Source: Ranitomeya imitator
Lineage: Eukaryota
Length of the DNA: 64,000 bases
Assembly: GCF_032444005.1 (NCBI RefSeq)
Contig: NC_091285.1
Coordinates: forward strand, 492,838,001 to 492,902,000
Reading direction: 5' to 3'
The number at the start of each line of letters is the position of its first letter. Position 1 is the first letter of the stretch. Shown here in pieces: positions 25,316-38,440 of this stretch. The notes below the pieces were generated by a model. That model was not told where the DNA came from. It saw only the letters and a list, made by a program, of their open reading frames with translations, and did not search any database. Both the position numbers and the translations under genes were made by a program.

Positions 25316-27610
25316 ACATTCACAATACTTACCTGTCCTCCTCATTCCCCGCTGCTCTGGCTTCTGCAGAGCATCTCAGCATCTCATCAGCTCCACTGCT
25401 GGCACACGCTGAGTCACAGGCAGAGGGGGAGTAATCTGAGAGGGAACATCACATGATGCTGTCCTCCATCACTGCTTTCAAGTTGATAAGTTGAATGCGT
25501 GATGCGGGGGGGCAGCGCCGGACCCCTCTTACTCGGGGGTCTCATAGCGGCACGTCACTGGCTGGCGGCCCCTGAAGGAGCCGGGGCCCTAGGCGCAGTG
25601 GTGAACCTAGCCTCTCTGCTGCCTGAGGCGAACGGAAAAATGGCGCCCCCCCCCCCCCCCACAGTCCCTGCCTCATTGCCTGTGCACACACATCCCTCCA
25701 CCGGACCCGGTAATCGCCGCTCGCAGTAGCATACCAGCAGAGGTGTATCTAGGGTTTCTGGCACCAGGGACAAGAATTCATTTTGGTGCCCCCCCTCCAC
25801 CAAGGACATATGTGATTTTCACACTCAGTCATGTACCCACGAGCTCCTCTCCCTAATGCTCTCAATGTTCAGTGAAAAACTGAGAGAAGCAGAAGAGAAG
25901 CTCGTTGTCACAGGACCATAAGTATGAAAGTCGCATATGAGTGAAGTGTCCATTAACGACTACTGGAACCTGCAGAGCTGAATCCTGAGATCGCAGCTTC
26001 TGAATGCTCACAACGCATGCACTGCACACTTTTAGGATTCTCCCTTGCCGGTGGACGGTCATGTCAGCACAAGCATGTGATTTGTATACTTCTCACCACA
26101 TTCCGCCTAGACGTGCCCAGCCTCGCTTAGTTCATTTTCAATGACGGAGACCACACATGTCTAGTTAGCACGTGACCGCATGTATGTAAATCACCAGCAC
26201 GAGAGGATCCTGCCAGCGTGCAGTTCGCACTGTGAGAAGTCAGAAGTCTGCAGTCACAAAGAATGACTGCAGACTCATTACAAACCTGGACAACCCCTTT
26301 AAAGCTCCTAACATAAATAAAAACATGAGAATTAGTATCACAAATAACATTTACATCCAGGTACCTAGCAGCGCAAATCCACAGAATCTGCCGCCCCCTC
26401 TCTTCTGCCGCCTGAGCCAAAGGGCTCAAATTGCCTAATGGAAGCAGCGTCTCTGCCTAGGCGGCTGCCTGGACTGCTTGCCTCTAACGCTGGCCCTACC
26501 TATGTGCAATAGTCATTTCCACTTTCTTTCTCTGATCCCTTGGCAGCCCAGTGATTCCATCCAAGAAGGACATTCTACACACATTCCACGCACCGAAATG
26601 TTGCAATACTTCACTCTGCTGTGTAATAATTTTTTATATATGCGTGTAGAAAATTTAAAGCATTCAAAAAAACATTCCTTTTTGGGCCTATTCTTCGTTT
26701 GCTATTCCCCTATACAATATTATTTTTCTGACTAAGTATGGAATCATGTGGTCTGCTCCATTGGAATAAGCAGCCATTTTCTTCCTTGCAGTATAAATTG
26801 GAGGTTTACTTTTGTCTGTTATGACAATATTTCTGTCATCAGTAGACAGTCATCTAAATATTATTACATGATAGAAATGTACAGCATGTTGACCTGTGAA
26901 ACATTTTAAAGTTTCCATACGGAATGAATACATATAAACAGTTCTCTTGCACAGATCCTGAGTCCAGATCTGTGTCCACATCTCATCTTTTCTGTTGATT
27001 ATATCTATGAACAGTATAGGCAGACATACGCAGATGTATGTTATACTGGTGGTATAAAACAGAAAAGCTTGAATATTCAGATATCTATTACTGAGCAAGG
27101 AAACAAAACCATCTTTCAAACGTTGTCTTTTGCACATGTAATTGCTGGAGCTTTTCAATATGGTGTCCTCAGCAACATGCGTATTTTGTTGGAAATTTTA
27201 CTGTGAAATCAGCAAAGAAAATCCACACAAAGAATTGACACACTGTGGATTTCAAAATCAACACTGAATTGCAAGTTATCCACAGAAAATGTATACGACG
27301 TGCGGATGAGATTTTTCACCTCTCATCTACTTGGTGATATTGTACTATACTGAAGATTCTCTTAATGTGTCTCCCTGCAAAAAAATATACTGCAAATACG
27401 GTCCATGTGCAATTAAGCTGACGCCTTGTTACAAATAAGGGAGGGGATTGGACATCAGCATAGAAACCTGGATGAGACAGACTCAGTCTAGTGGCTCTGG
27501 GACTGTAAAGGCTGATTTCTAAATCCTGTATATTATTATATGCAGACCTAAAGGAGTCTTCCAAGTTCGGAAAACCAATGCTCCTTCCCTAAGTCCAGCA
27601 CTGAGTTTCA

Positions 27611-27968
27611 GGGTATGTGCACATGTTGCGGAATGGTGTGCGGATTTTTCCTCACTGATTTTGGTGAATCCGTAGGTAAACCGCACTGCGGATTCACTGC
27701 GGAATTACCGCGGTAAATCCGCGGTTTTTGTGCGGATTCCGCTTGCAGTTTTACACTTACCGATTCCTATTGAGGATCAGGTGTAAACTGCTGCGGAATC
27801 CGCACAAAGAATTGACATGCTGCGGAATATAAACTGCTGCGTTTCTGCTCATTTTTTTCAGCAGCATGTACACTGCAGATTTTGTTTTCCATAGGTTTAC
27901 ATGGTACTATAAACTCATGGAAAACTGCTGCAGATCCGCAGCAAAATCCGCAGCGTGTGCACATAGCC
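27611..27968. mobile_element. PIF/Harbinger-type MITE
   Basis: TIR gggtatgtgcaca / tgtgcacatagcc; flanks tca and tta. Confidence 0.75.
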
Positions 27969-28551
27969 TTAATGCCCGCAGTACTGACATCACACCCACC
28001 GCTCTGCAGCCAATCAGTGAGCTTGTGCCACAATTCGGGAACCGCGCCTGAGCTCACATATTTACTGCAGAGCTGTTGACATGACATCAGCGCTGCAGAC
28101 AATAGAAGACCTCAGGAGCAACGGTGAAGACTCAGTGCCGGACCTGGGGAGGGCTAGTAAAGCACATCTTTTTTTTTTTTGTATTCAATCAACTGCTGCT
28201 GTAAGACAGGGCTTTTCAAAACAGTAAAACCCCTTTAATGTACTTGTATACAGACATGCAGTTTGTAATACATAATTGTGATTATTGAGTTCATTAAAGA
28301 AAGGAACATGCTTAAAATAAGTCTGGTTTCTAAAAGTGTAATGTATTTCCAGATTACGATAAATATAACTATACACATGGCGCAGGAAACATAGCGTGCA
28401 TCCATTACAGAGGTCTGCAGGGATTACATGGAGCAGCTCATCTTGCCTACTGCGTCCTATTGTTAGGAGCCATTAGCTGCTATGGTAATAACATGGAGGT
28501 CAGGTCTAATGCTCTGTGTCTGTTTCTTGCAGCTCACCGGAGACGTGAAGG

Positions 28552-28677
28552 ATGTGTGATCAAACATTTCTCACTATCCTGTTTGGTCCATGCTCCAAAT
28601 GCAGCAGGGAAAAGCCATTGCGGACCGTCTACATAAAGACCGAGCCTGTCACCGTCTGCTCACTATGTGTGGAACTG
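28552..28677 (+). CDS. GNB5: GNB5 long-isoform (Gbeta5L) N-terminal coding exon, 42 codons, phase 0
   Basis: Translates MCDQTFLTILFGPCSKCSREKPLRTVYIKTEPVTVCSLCVEL, matching from memory the length and Cys spacing of the mammalian Gbeta5L extension (MCDQTFLVNVFGSCDKC...CSTCAEI). Acceptor tgtttcttgcag ends at 28532; donor CTG|gtatgt at 28678. In frame with the MATEGL exon. Confidence 0.93.
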
Positions 28678-28814
28678 GTATGTTCATGTTTGAAAATCAG
28701 TCATTCCAATCACAATACAAAATGTATTAACCTATATAAGCAAAGCATTGGAAATGGTTGGTAAAAAGTGAAGGATAAATACATGGTTCGTGACCTCGGA
28801 TACTTCATTGGAGG

Positions 28815-28963
28815 CAAGGGTGGACACAGACCGGGCCCCTATGTAAGAACAATATATGGGCCCCTTGAAATCTAATAGATCATCATAATGCACACTTCCA
28901 TTAACTTTAGAGGTGGAAATGGGCCCCCTTACCTTTTGAGCCCCAATGGTATGTCTGCCCCTG
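28815..28963. mobile_element. hAT-type MITE just downstream of the GNB5L exon
   Basis: Ends caagggtggacac / gtctgcccctg with an exact 8-bp TSD attggagg (28807-28814, 28964-28971). Confidence 0.8.
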
Positions 28964-30147
28964 ATTGGAGGGCTCCATATATAAATGTCTCACCTCTACT
29001 TCCTCTTTGCCATATGAAGGAGCAGAAGTGACACCCGGCCATCTGACCACTACTTAGTCCTAAATTATACAGTTTTGCAAACTATTTTTAATTACTTCAA
29101 TGCATTTAAAATAAAAAATGAAGCAACTTTGCAACTAGTCATCAAATAAAAAAAAAAATACCACCATTTTTGTGTGCAGATATTTGTGCCTCCCTAAATA
29201 TAATCTATAGACATTAGGGCTCGTGCTGACAACCTTATTATCGGTCTGATTGCAATCCGGCAAAACATCGTATCACACTCGGACCAATGTTAGTCTACGG
29301 GCAGTGCAAATGTGATTTTTTTTTTCCCCCGGACAGAGCAGGTCCAGAGAAAAATATTGCTGCCTTCCCAAGTTTAATGCGATATTTGGATCGCGCTCCA
29401 TCATGCAAGTCAATGAGTCCGTGGCAACCATCGGACTGCACTCAGATGACATCAGAGAGCGGTCTGATTTCCACGGACTAACATAATGGAGAAGATGAAA
29501 ATGTTTTTTTCCATCTTGTCCTCAACCCAGAGAATCGGAGCACACTATGATTAGAGTTTGAGCAGAGTGTGATCCGCATAATCGGCCTGATCCTCTATGA
29601 TGAGTGAATATACGCTCGTGTGACCCTAGCCTAAAGCTAGCAAGGAGGGGGGGCAGAGTGGAGTGCGCCAACTCCTGATTATAGACACGGTTTGTTTATA
29701 ATGCTTTACCATGGAGACCAAGATGATAGTTGTTTTTAACAACATTATTTGTAAAACTTCATTATTTCTTACTTTGGATTCATTGGAACAATAAAAGGCA
29801 CATATCCCGTAAGTGTCAACGTCATAGAGCACATCGGTCTGGGTGATTTTTTTTTTAGTTTCTGATAAGACACTTTAATTATTTAAATCTTACAAAATTA
29901 CAAGCAGGTCGGTATGACGGGATCCTGCAAACAACGGTTGCACATTACATTGTTCTAACGTCCAAGTTCTACTTGGAATCTGATGCAATGAAGTAAAAAC
30001 AAGACGGAATGTTCTGCAGTCAGCGCTTTGTTTTTCAGCAGATGACTTGGCTGAAACGTTAAGTGACATACAGTACTGTGCAAAAGGTTTAGGCTGGTAT
30101 GAAACACTCCTGCAAAGTGAGAATGCTTTCAAAAATAGAAGTGCTAA

Positions 30148-30867
30148 GGTACCGTCACACTTAGCGACGCTGCAGCGATACCGACAGCGATCCGGATCGC
30201 TGCAGCGTCGCTGTTTGGTCGCTGGAGAGCTGTCACACAGACCGCTCTCCAGCGACCAACGATGCCGGTAACCAGGGTAAACATCGGGTAACTAAGCGCA
30301 GGGCCGCGCTTAGTAACCCGATGTTTACCCTGGTTACCATCCTAAAAGTAAAAAAACAAACAGTACATACTTACCTACAGCCGTCTGTCCTCCAGCGCTG
30401 TGCTCTGCACTCCTCCTGTACTGGCTGTGAGCACAGCGGCCGGAAAGCAGAGCGGTGACGTCACCGCTCTGCTTTCCGGCTGACCGACGCTCACAGTCAG
30501 TGCAGGAGGAGAGCAGAGCACAGCGCTGGAGGACAGACGGCTGTAGGTAAGTATGTAGTGTTTGTTTTTTTTACTTTTAGGATGGTAACCAGGGTAAACA
30601 TCGGGTTACTAAGCGCGGCCCTGCGCTTAGTTACCCGATGTTTACCCTGGTTACCAGTGAAGACATCGCTGAATCGGTGTCACACACGCCGATTCAGCGA
30701 TGTCTGCGGGGAGTCCAGCGACGAAATAAAGTTCTGGACTTTCTTCCCCGACCAGCGACAGCACAGCAGGGGCCTGATCGCTGCTGCCTGTCACACTGGA
30801 CGATATCGCTAGCCAGGACGCTGCAACGTCACGGATCGCTAGCGATATCGTCTAGTGTGACGGTACC
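30148..30867. mobile_element. Foldback Harbinger-type MITE
   Basis: TIR ggtaccgtcacact / agtgtgacggtacc; flanks taa and tta; long internal inverted repeats. Confidence 0.85.
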
Positions 30868-30871
30868 TTAA

Positions 30872-31138
30872 GGCCGGGGTCAGACCTAACGTATAAAAAT
30901 ACGGTCCGTTTTTTACGGCCGAGAAGTTCCTGAACAGTGATCCGTATTCAATGCGAGGATGCGATTTTTTTCTCCAAAAATTATCCGTGTGTCATCCGTA
31001 TGGCATTGTCACACTAGAGAGAAATACGGACGAGGGAGAGGCGCAAAACAACGCATTGCACACAGACCTATGTTTCTCTATGGGGCAGCTTCCATCAGCC
31101 GTATATTTCTCGTATTTCTCTCTAGTGTGACATCGGCC
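30872..31138. mobile_element. Harbinger-type MITE abutting the previous one
   Basis: Ends ggccggggtca / tgacatcggcc with taa/tta flanks. Confidence 0.6.
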
Positions 31139-31320
31139 TTAATAGTTTATTTTATCAATTATCAAATGGAAAGTGAGTGATTAAAAGAGAAATCTAAAAC
31201 AAATCTTTATTAGGCGTGACCACCCTTTGTCTTCAAAATAACATCAATTTTCCCAGCCAGGTACACTTGTACACAGTTTTTGAAGGAACTTGTCGGGAAG
31301 TTGTTCTAAATATCTTAGAT

Positions 31321-31506
31321 CAGGGGTGTCAAACTGCATTCCTCGAGGGCCGCAAACCATGCGTGTTTTCAAGATTTCCTTAGCATTGCACAAGGTGCTG
31401 CAATCATTATGTGTGTAGGTGATTAAATTATCACCTGTGCAGTACAAGGAAATCCTGAAAACATGACCTGGTTGCAGGCCTCGAGGAATGTAGTTTGACA
31501 CCTCTG
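31321..31506. mobile_element. hAT-type MITE inside a Tc1 remnant
   Basis: TIR caggggtgtcaaac / gtttgacacctctg; 8-bp flanks tcttagat and tcttagag. Confidence 0.85.
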
Positions 31507-31650
31507 TCTTAGAGAACTAACCACAGATCTTCTGTTTTTATGTGCAAATCCTTCTGTTTCTCAATGTAATCCCACTAGACAGACTAGATGTTGAGATCAG
31601 GTCTCGGTGGGGGCCATATAATCACTTACAGGACTCCTTGTTCTTCTTTA

Positions 31651-32633
31651 GGCCGGTTTCACACGTCAGTGGCTCCGGTACGTGAGGTGACAGTTTCCTC
31701 ATGTACCGGAGCCACTGACACATGTAGACACAGTGAAATCAATGCATCTGTGCAGATGTCACTGATTTTTTGCGGACCGTGTCTCCGTGTGCCAAACACG
31801 GAGACATGTCAGTGTTCGTGGGAGCGCACGGATTACACGGACCCATTAAAGTCAATGGGTCCGTGTAAAACACGTACCGCACACGGACGTTGTCTGTGTG
31901 CAGTCTGTGTGCCGTGCAGGAGACAGCGCTACAGTAAGCGCTGTCCCCCCCACTGGTGCTGAAGCCGCCATTCATATCTTCTTTGCAGCAGAAAAGATAT
32001 GAATATTCTTTTTTTTGTTTGTTTCTCGTGTTTAAAATAAAGATCCATGTGACCACCCCCCTCCCACCACCTGTGCGCCCGCCCGCTGTTCTTAAAACAC
32101 TCACCCGGCTCCTTCGCTGGCTGGCGCGTGGGGCCGCTCATTTACAGTAATGAATATGCGGCTCCACCCCTATGGGAGGTGGAGCCGCATATTCATGAAT
32201 GTAATCGGCGGCCCCACGTGACCGCTCATACAGTAGAAGGTGCGGCCAGGAGAGGAAGCAGCGCCAGCCAGCGAGGGAGTCGGGTGAATATTTTAAGAAC
32301 AGCGGGCGGGCGCACAGGGGGTGGGAGGGGGTTGGGCACAGGGATCTTTATTTTAAACACGAGAAACAAAAAAAAAAAAAAGAATATTCATATCTTCTCT
32401 ACAGCAAACGCTGCTGCAAAGAAGATATGAATGGCAGCTTCAGCACCAGATGGAGGGGACAGCGCTAAACTTTAGCGCTGTCTCCTGCACGGTGCGCATG
32501 GTACCCAGTGGGCACACGGGCGGCACACGTGTGCCATACTGATGTGCCACAGAAACGCACGGGCACACGGACACGGATAATTCCGGTACCGATTTTTCCG
32601 GTACCGGAATTATCTGGACGTCTGGGACTGCCC
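31651..32633. mobile_element. Foldback Harbinger-type MITE inside a Tc1 remnant
   Basis: TTA flanks, imperfect TIRs, and long internal inverted arms around 32150-32200. Confidence 0.7.
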
Positions 32634-32806
32634 TTATGGTGAATATATTTCTTAATGATATCGGTTAGGTCTGGGGCCGTTGTCCTTCTGCAGAAATATT
32701 AAGTACAGTGCTGTAGTTTGTTTATAAAGAACATTTTCCCTGTGCTTACACAGTAGCCGCCTATACAGAGGTAAGAATTATGTAATAAGCATAGTTAACC
32801 AACTTA

Positions 32807-33642
32807 TCTATATATATCTATATATATAATTGCCTAAGGGTTTTTCCGTCTGTCTGTCTGTCTGTCTGTCTGTCCTGGAAATCCCGGCTCTCTGATTGGT
32901 CGAGGCCGCCAGGCCTCGACCAATCAGCAACGGGCACAGCGACGATGATGTCATAAAGGACGTAGAAATCCCGCGTCTGATTGGTCGAGGCCGCCAGGCC
33001 TCGACCAATCAGCAACGGGCACAGCGACGATGATGTCATAAAGGACGTAGACATCTCACGTTTCTGATTCAGCGACAAGCACAGTATCGACGTAGATGTC
33101 ATAATGGTTGCCATGGCGACGATGATGTCATAAAGGTTGCCTCGACCAATCAGCGACGGGCACAGTCTGCCGCGAATTCTGGAATCATCATTGTCCATAT
33201 ACTACGGGGACATGCATATTCTAGAATACCCGATGCGTTAGAATCGGGCCACAATCTAGTATATATATAATTGCCTAAGGGTTTTTCCGTCTGTCTGTCT
33301 GTCTGTCTTCCTGTCTGTCTGTCTGTCCTGGAAATCCCGCGTCTCTGATTGGTCGAGGCCGCCAGGCCTCGACCAATCAGCAACGGGCACAGCGACGATG
33401 ATGTCATAATGGTTGCCATGGCAATGATGATGTCATAAAGGTTGCCTCGACCAATCAGCGACGGGCACAGCGACGATGATGTCATAATGGTTGCCATGGC
33501 GACGATGATGTCATAAAGGTTGCCTCGACCAATCAGCGACGGGCACAGTCTGCCGCGAATTCTGGAATCATCATTGTCCATATACTACGGGGACATGCAT
33601 ATTCTAGAATACCCGATGCGTTAGAATCGGGCCACCATCTAG
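32807..33642 (+). mobile_element. Head-to-tail dimer of the CCAAT-hairpin Helitron
   Basis: Two units (32807-33259 and 33260-33642), each ending in hairpin plus CTAG. Same family as 13244-13697. Confidence 0.85.
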
Positions 33643-34250
33643 TTTCATATAAATCAGTACTCACTAAAGTTGGCGCCCAGCTGTGCATCATCTCTGACAC
33701 TAAAGCTAACTCTGCCTAAAATATATATCCACACTATTATTTTGTCACATTTGCCTTAGTTTACCCGGGCAGATAAATTTTCAATTTGATCAGAATTTTG
33801 TATGTGCCAGGATGCTCATACACCAAATACACCTACTACTAAGGCTGCATTCATACATCCATGTGACACGTCCATGCGCTCTTTTCTCGGACAGCACAAG
33901 GATCCATAAAAATTCACTGGTCCATACTTCTGTTCCAAGAATGGAAGTGTGTGTCTGATACGTGAGACTCAGAGCATGTCCTATCCTCATCCACTTTTCA
34001 GCTGAAATAGATAAATGACAAAAGACATAATATTTACTTCAGTATTGCATCTATGTTTCATCCTTTTTCTACTGATCTATCGCTAAAAGTCAATGGATAA
34101 TAAAAAAAGTTTCCACATTTCACTTCAGTTTTCAAAATGGATGATTAAAAGGGGATGAGCAATGGTGGCAAATCAGATGACACATGGAAAAAAAAACATT
34201 CCGTTTTACACAGTTGTAAAAATACACACAGATGTGTGACCAAAGCCATA

Positions 34251-34551
34251 GGCTATGTGCACACGATGCGGATTTGCTGCGGATCCGCAGCGGATTTTTC
34301 CGCGCAGAAACGCTGCAGATCCGCACTGTGATGTACAGTACAATGTTATTCAATGGGATAAAAAATACCTTTGCAGATGGTGCAGAAAAATCAGTGCGGA
34401 ATTGCTGCGGATTTCAAAGAAGTGCATATCACTTTTGTGCGGATCTGCAGCGTTTCTGCACCCCTCCATGTTAGAAATCTGCAGTGGCAAAAACCGCACA
34501 AAATCCGCATAAAAAAATTCTGCACCTCTTTTCCTACGTGTGCACATAGCC
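34251..34551. mobile_element. PIF/Harbinger-type MITE
   Basis: TIR ggctatgtgcacacg / cgtgtgcacatagcc. Confidence 0.78.
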
Positions 34552-34972
34552 TTAAAGGAAATCTGTCATTAGGTTTTTGCCACCTAATCTGAGCATAGTA
34601 TTATGTAGAGACAGAGCCCATGTTTCCAGCAATGTGTCATTTATTGGGCTGCTTGCTGTAAAAATCAATTTTTTACCAGCAGGAGATTATCACTAGAGGA
34701 CTAGAAAACCTGTTGCCATGTAGTCCTCCATACACATGAGCTATGAATAACCCCTATGCACAGTGCACACAAAAAGCAGCCAATCAGTGGTGTGGACGCG
34801 GTTATACCGAGTTCAGCATTCAGAGAACTGATAGATCTGAAGCTGATAAAAAAATTATTTTATCAAAACTGCAGCACAAAATCTAGTAAGTGCACATCAC
34901 TAGAATCAGGTCTCTGCTCATAATGCTGCTCTTAGATGGGATAGCAAAAACATGGAGACAGATTCCATTTAA
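34552..34972. mobile_element. TTAA-flanked T2/Kolobok-type MITE
   Basis: Ends ttaaaggaaatctgtc / gacagattccatttaa. Confidence 0.7.
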
Positions 34973-35119
34973 GGTGACAACTGCTCACTCATGAAAAATA
35001 CAATCACTCAAACAAACATGATTGAATAATCTACTTGATTCTCCTTTGAAAAGTTGTAACAACTCTGCCGGCATCACTGCATGGCCTCCCATCCCCCACC
35101 TGCATTACACACCAACTTA

Positions 35120-35436
35120 GGCTACGTTCACATTAGCGTTGCGCGCCGCTGCGTCGGCGACGCAACGCACGACGCACAAAAAAACGCGTGCAAACGCACG
35201 CAAAAACGCTGCGTTTTGCGACGCGTGCGTCGTTTTTTGACGAAAATCGGACGCACGAAAAATGCAACTTGTTGCATTTTCTTGCGTCCGACGCTAGCGT
35301 CGGAAACGACGCACGTGTCGGAAAACGCAACAAAAAAAACGCACGCGTCCCCCATGTTAAACATAGGGGCGCGTCGCCGCTGCGTCGCCGACGCAACAGC
35401 GACGCACATTAGCGGAACGCTAATGTGAACGTAGCC
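35120..35436. mobile_element. Harbinger-type MITE in the 5' LTR
   Basis: TIR ggctacgttcacattagcgtt; TTA TSD. The empty site ccaacTTActcac is present in the 3' LTR at 38408-38410. Confidence 0.92.
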
Positions 35437-38400
35437 TTACTCACTACTCCAGGCCATGCCGTGAGTTCTGTCTTCTGCTGGTTCCACGCTGGGTGCCTCT
35501 TGTCTCCTGCCTGCTCTCTTCATACTTCCTGGCTGTGTGCATAGGAGGGCAGTCGGCACTCCCTGGCTCTTATTAAGTCAGTGTGCATCTTCCTAAGGTG
35601 TCCCCAGCCAATTATCAAGAGGCCTCAGGTACTTAAGGCATCCCCGCCCATTGGAGGATACCTGAGCAACTTACTTCCTCAGTTTCTTGCTGCTGAGGTG
35701 CCAAGTCTTGTCTTGCTATTTCTCTTGTGTCACCCACCCAGAGGGGCTTCGTACCCTGGCCTGTACCTGTGTCTCTTGTTTCAGCCAGCCAGTGGGGCTT
35801 CGTACCCAGGTCTGAGTCCTTGTTTCTGTGCCTTATCCCATTCCCATTCCTGACCCTGTCTGAACCTATTCCTAAACCTTTGTCCGTTTGTATCCCTGTC
35901 TGTAGCCTTTCCTATTCCGCTGTGTGTTTCCTTCTGTTCATTCCTTCTCCTCTTTGCTCTGCCTCCTGTAGTTCTGCTCTTGGCTCTGCCTCCAGTGGTT
36001 CTGCTCTTGGTTCTGCCTCCAGCGGTTCTGCTCTTGGCTCCACCTCCAGCTGTTCTGCTCTTGGCTCCGCCTCCTTCAGCTCTGGTCTTTGCTCCACCTC
36101 CTTCGGCTCTGGTCTTTGCTCTGCCTCCTGCGGTTCTGGTCTTTTCTCCACTTCCTGGGGTTCTGGTCTTTGCTCCGCCTCCTGCGGTTCTGGTCTTTGC
36201 TCCGCCTCTTGCAGTTCTGCCTTGCATCCACTCCTTGAGGTTCAGCTTGCTGCACTGCAACCAGCGTCTCTGCTCTTCTCTCCTCTCGGCAACCTTGCGG
36301 TCCTGCTCTAGTTCCGTTCTGCTATCTGCGGGTCAGGTCCCTACCTGTTCCTATATACCCTCCAGTCTGAACAGGTCCCTGCCTTTTCCCATATACCCTC
36401 CAGTCTGAACAGGTCCCTACCTGTTTCCATATACCTGCCCGTATTCCTGTCCCTACCATGTCAGTACCTGTCCTGCCAGTGTCTCAGTCGTGTCCGCCTG
36501 TCCTGCCAGTGTCTCAACTGTGCCCGCCTGTCCTGTCATTGTCTCAGCCGTGCCCACCTGCCAGTGTCTCAGCTGTGCCCGCCTGCCAGTGTCTCAGCTG
36601 TGCCCGCCTGCCAGTGTCTCAACCATGCCCGCCTGCCAGTGTTTCAGCCATGCCCACCTGCCAGTGTCTCAGCCGTGTCCGCTCCTGTCCTAGCGTTCCA
36701 TCCCCCAGTGGGATCAGCTGCCACAGCCAGACACCACCCTGGAGTGGTACCTGACAGCTACCTGCCGCACAAGCCTGACCTCACCATCAGAGGCGCCAGT
36801 GAACACCAAGGTAGCTGCTTAGTCAAACCCCTTCCAGGGTAGTCTGGTTAGTGGCACAGTGGGGCCACAATCCCCTCGCTCACACCACCCAGTCAATATG
36901 ACAGTTTGCTCAGGCCATGGTCCCCGCCGAGTCCCATGTCCTTTCACTCTCAGAGCAAGATGAACTTTTTTCTGGCCAGCATGAGCAACTGGATAACTTC
37001 TTTACCCGGTCTGAAATCCAATCCTTCATTGCATCACCCACAATCATAGTCACTAATGAGCTATTTAATTGTCTTGAGGCTTACACTCTTAAAGCTGAAC
37101 CCACCCCAGCAGATCCGCCATATTACGATGGGGATCCAAAGCAGTGTCGTGTGTTCTTGGAGCAGTGCTTGCGCTATTTCAAATGGCATGCTCCCTATTT
37201 CGCCACAGATAGGATAAAAGTAGGATTCTTAATGACCTACCTAGCAGGAGATGCTTTGAAGTGGCTCAGCCCACTCTGAGAAGCAGGGGATCCCATCATC
37301 TTGAATCTGCTCGCCTTCTGTAAGGTCTTCGATAAGCCTAGTACAGCGTCTTCTGAAAAGACTTCCCCCCTAAGTTTACAGAGATGGACCAGACGAAAGA
37401 AACCTGTGAGTAAACCGTCACATCCGTCCATGACCGTCCAAGACTTACCTGTTCCACAACCTGACAAAACAGCCACCCGAGCAAGATCCAAGAGGTCTGG
37501 TAAGAGTGGGCTAGCAAACCTGCAGCCTGAATCTAGTCCCGAGAATGAAATACGGTATCGCTGTGGTTATCTCTGCCCTATAAAGCCTATACTCCAAAAC
37601 TCTAGGCCAGTAGGAGAGGCTGCCCTTGGCGAGAGTACCTCCTCTCCATTAAAGTCAATGACTGTGTCTCTGCCTTCTGGGAGCTATGGTGTGTTTAAGC
37701 CGCCAGCCATACAGAGTCAGTGTGTGAACTCTGCCCTACAGCTCCAGAATCGGGTGAGGGCGTTGTCTGGCAATGGCCGAGCCCTACTTAAGAGCAGTCT
37801 AGTCCTTCAGGGACAATATAATTTCAGCTGCAAGTTGGAAAATTGTACATGAAGAAGTTCATCTTTCATATGCTGTCTGCTATGTCCATGGGTCATTCTG
37901 AGCCTAGAACTCTGTTACGCGTTCAGGTCTGAAGACCCAGCAAGCTGCTGCGATTGAAACAACCAAATTGCAAGAGGTGTCTGGTTCCCATGCATCAGTC
38001 AGACAGCAGTGTTGTCTCCTTCATCTGGTCTGCTAGTCATCGAGTCAAGGGGTGAGGGCGTCTCCAATCAAGGGGAAGCGGTGGTGTTCTCTCCACATGG
38101 CCTCAACGACTATACCAGTGATCTGTTCCCAGGAACATCCCTGCCTCTTGGATGTTTTCTTCTGGATAATGGGAAGAAGATGGATCCTATGTGGATACCT
38201 TCAGCTTCCATGTGGCTGGTTGGTGAAGATACCAGAATGGAAGCTTACTAATCTCAGCTTTCCTCTGACCCGGAGGAGGAGGTCCAGCTTTCTCAGGATA
38301 ACAGGCAGAAGATGGATCCTGTGTGGGTACCTTCAGCTTCAGGTACTGTAACAACTCTTCCGGCATTACTGCATGGCTTCCCATCCCCACCTGCATTACA

Positions 38401-38440
38401 CACCAACTTACTCACTACTTCAGGCCATGCTGTGAGTTCT

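Noticed and set aside
27088-27128. Degenerate hammerhead-like string (ctgagcaag...aaacgtt)
   Set aside because: G8 and G12 are missing and there is no convincing stem II.
1-28500. Terminal exons of MYO5C, the upstream neighbour of GNB5 in human
   Set aside because: I recognised no myosin V tail peptide by eye; absence is not proven without a translated search.
35727-36842. Long Ser/Gly/Pro/Cys-rich ORFs on both strands (also 44870-45480)
   Set aside because: They arise from 24-27 bp tandem repeats inside the LTR.
36917-37279. Possible domesticated Gag gene (RTL/LDOC1-like)
   Set aside because: It lies directly behind an LTR and PBS and ends in a premature stop, so it is a retroelement remnant.
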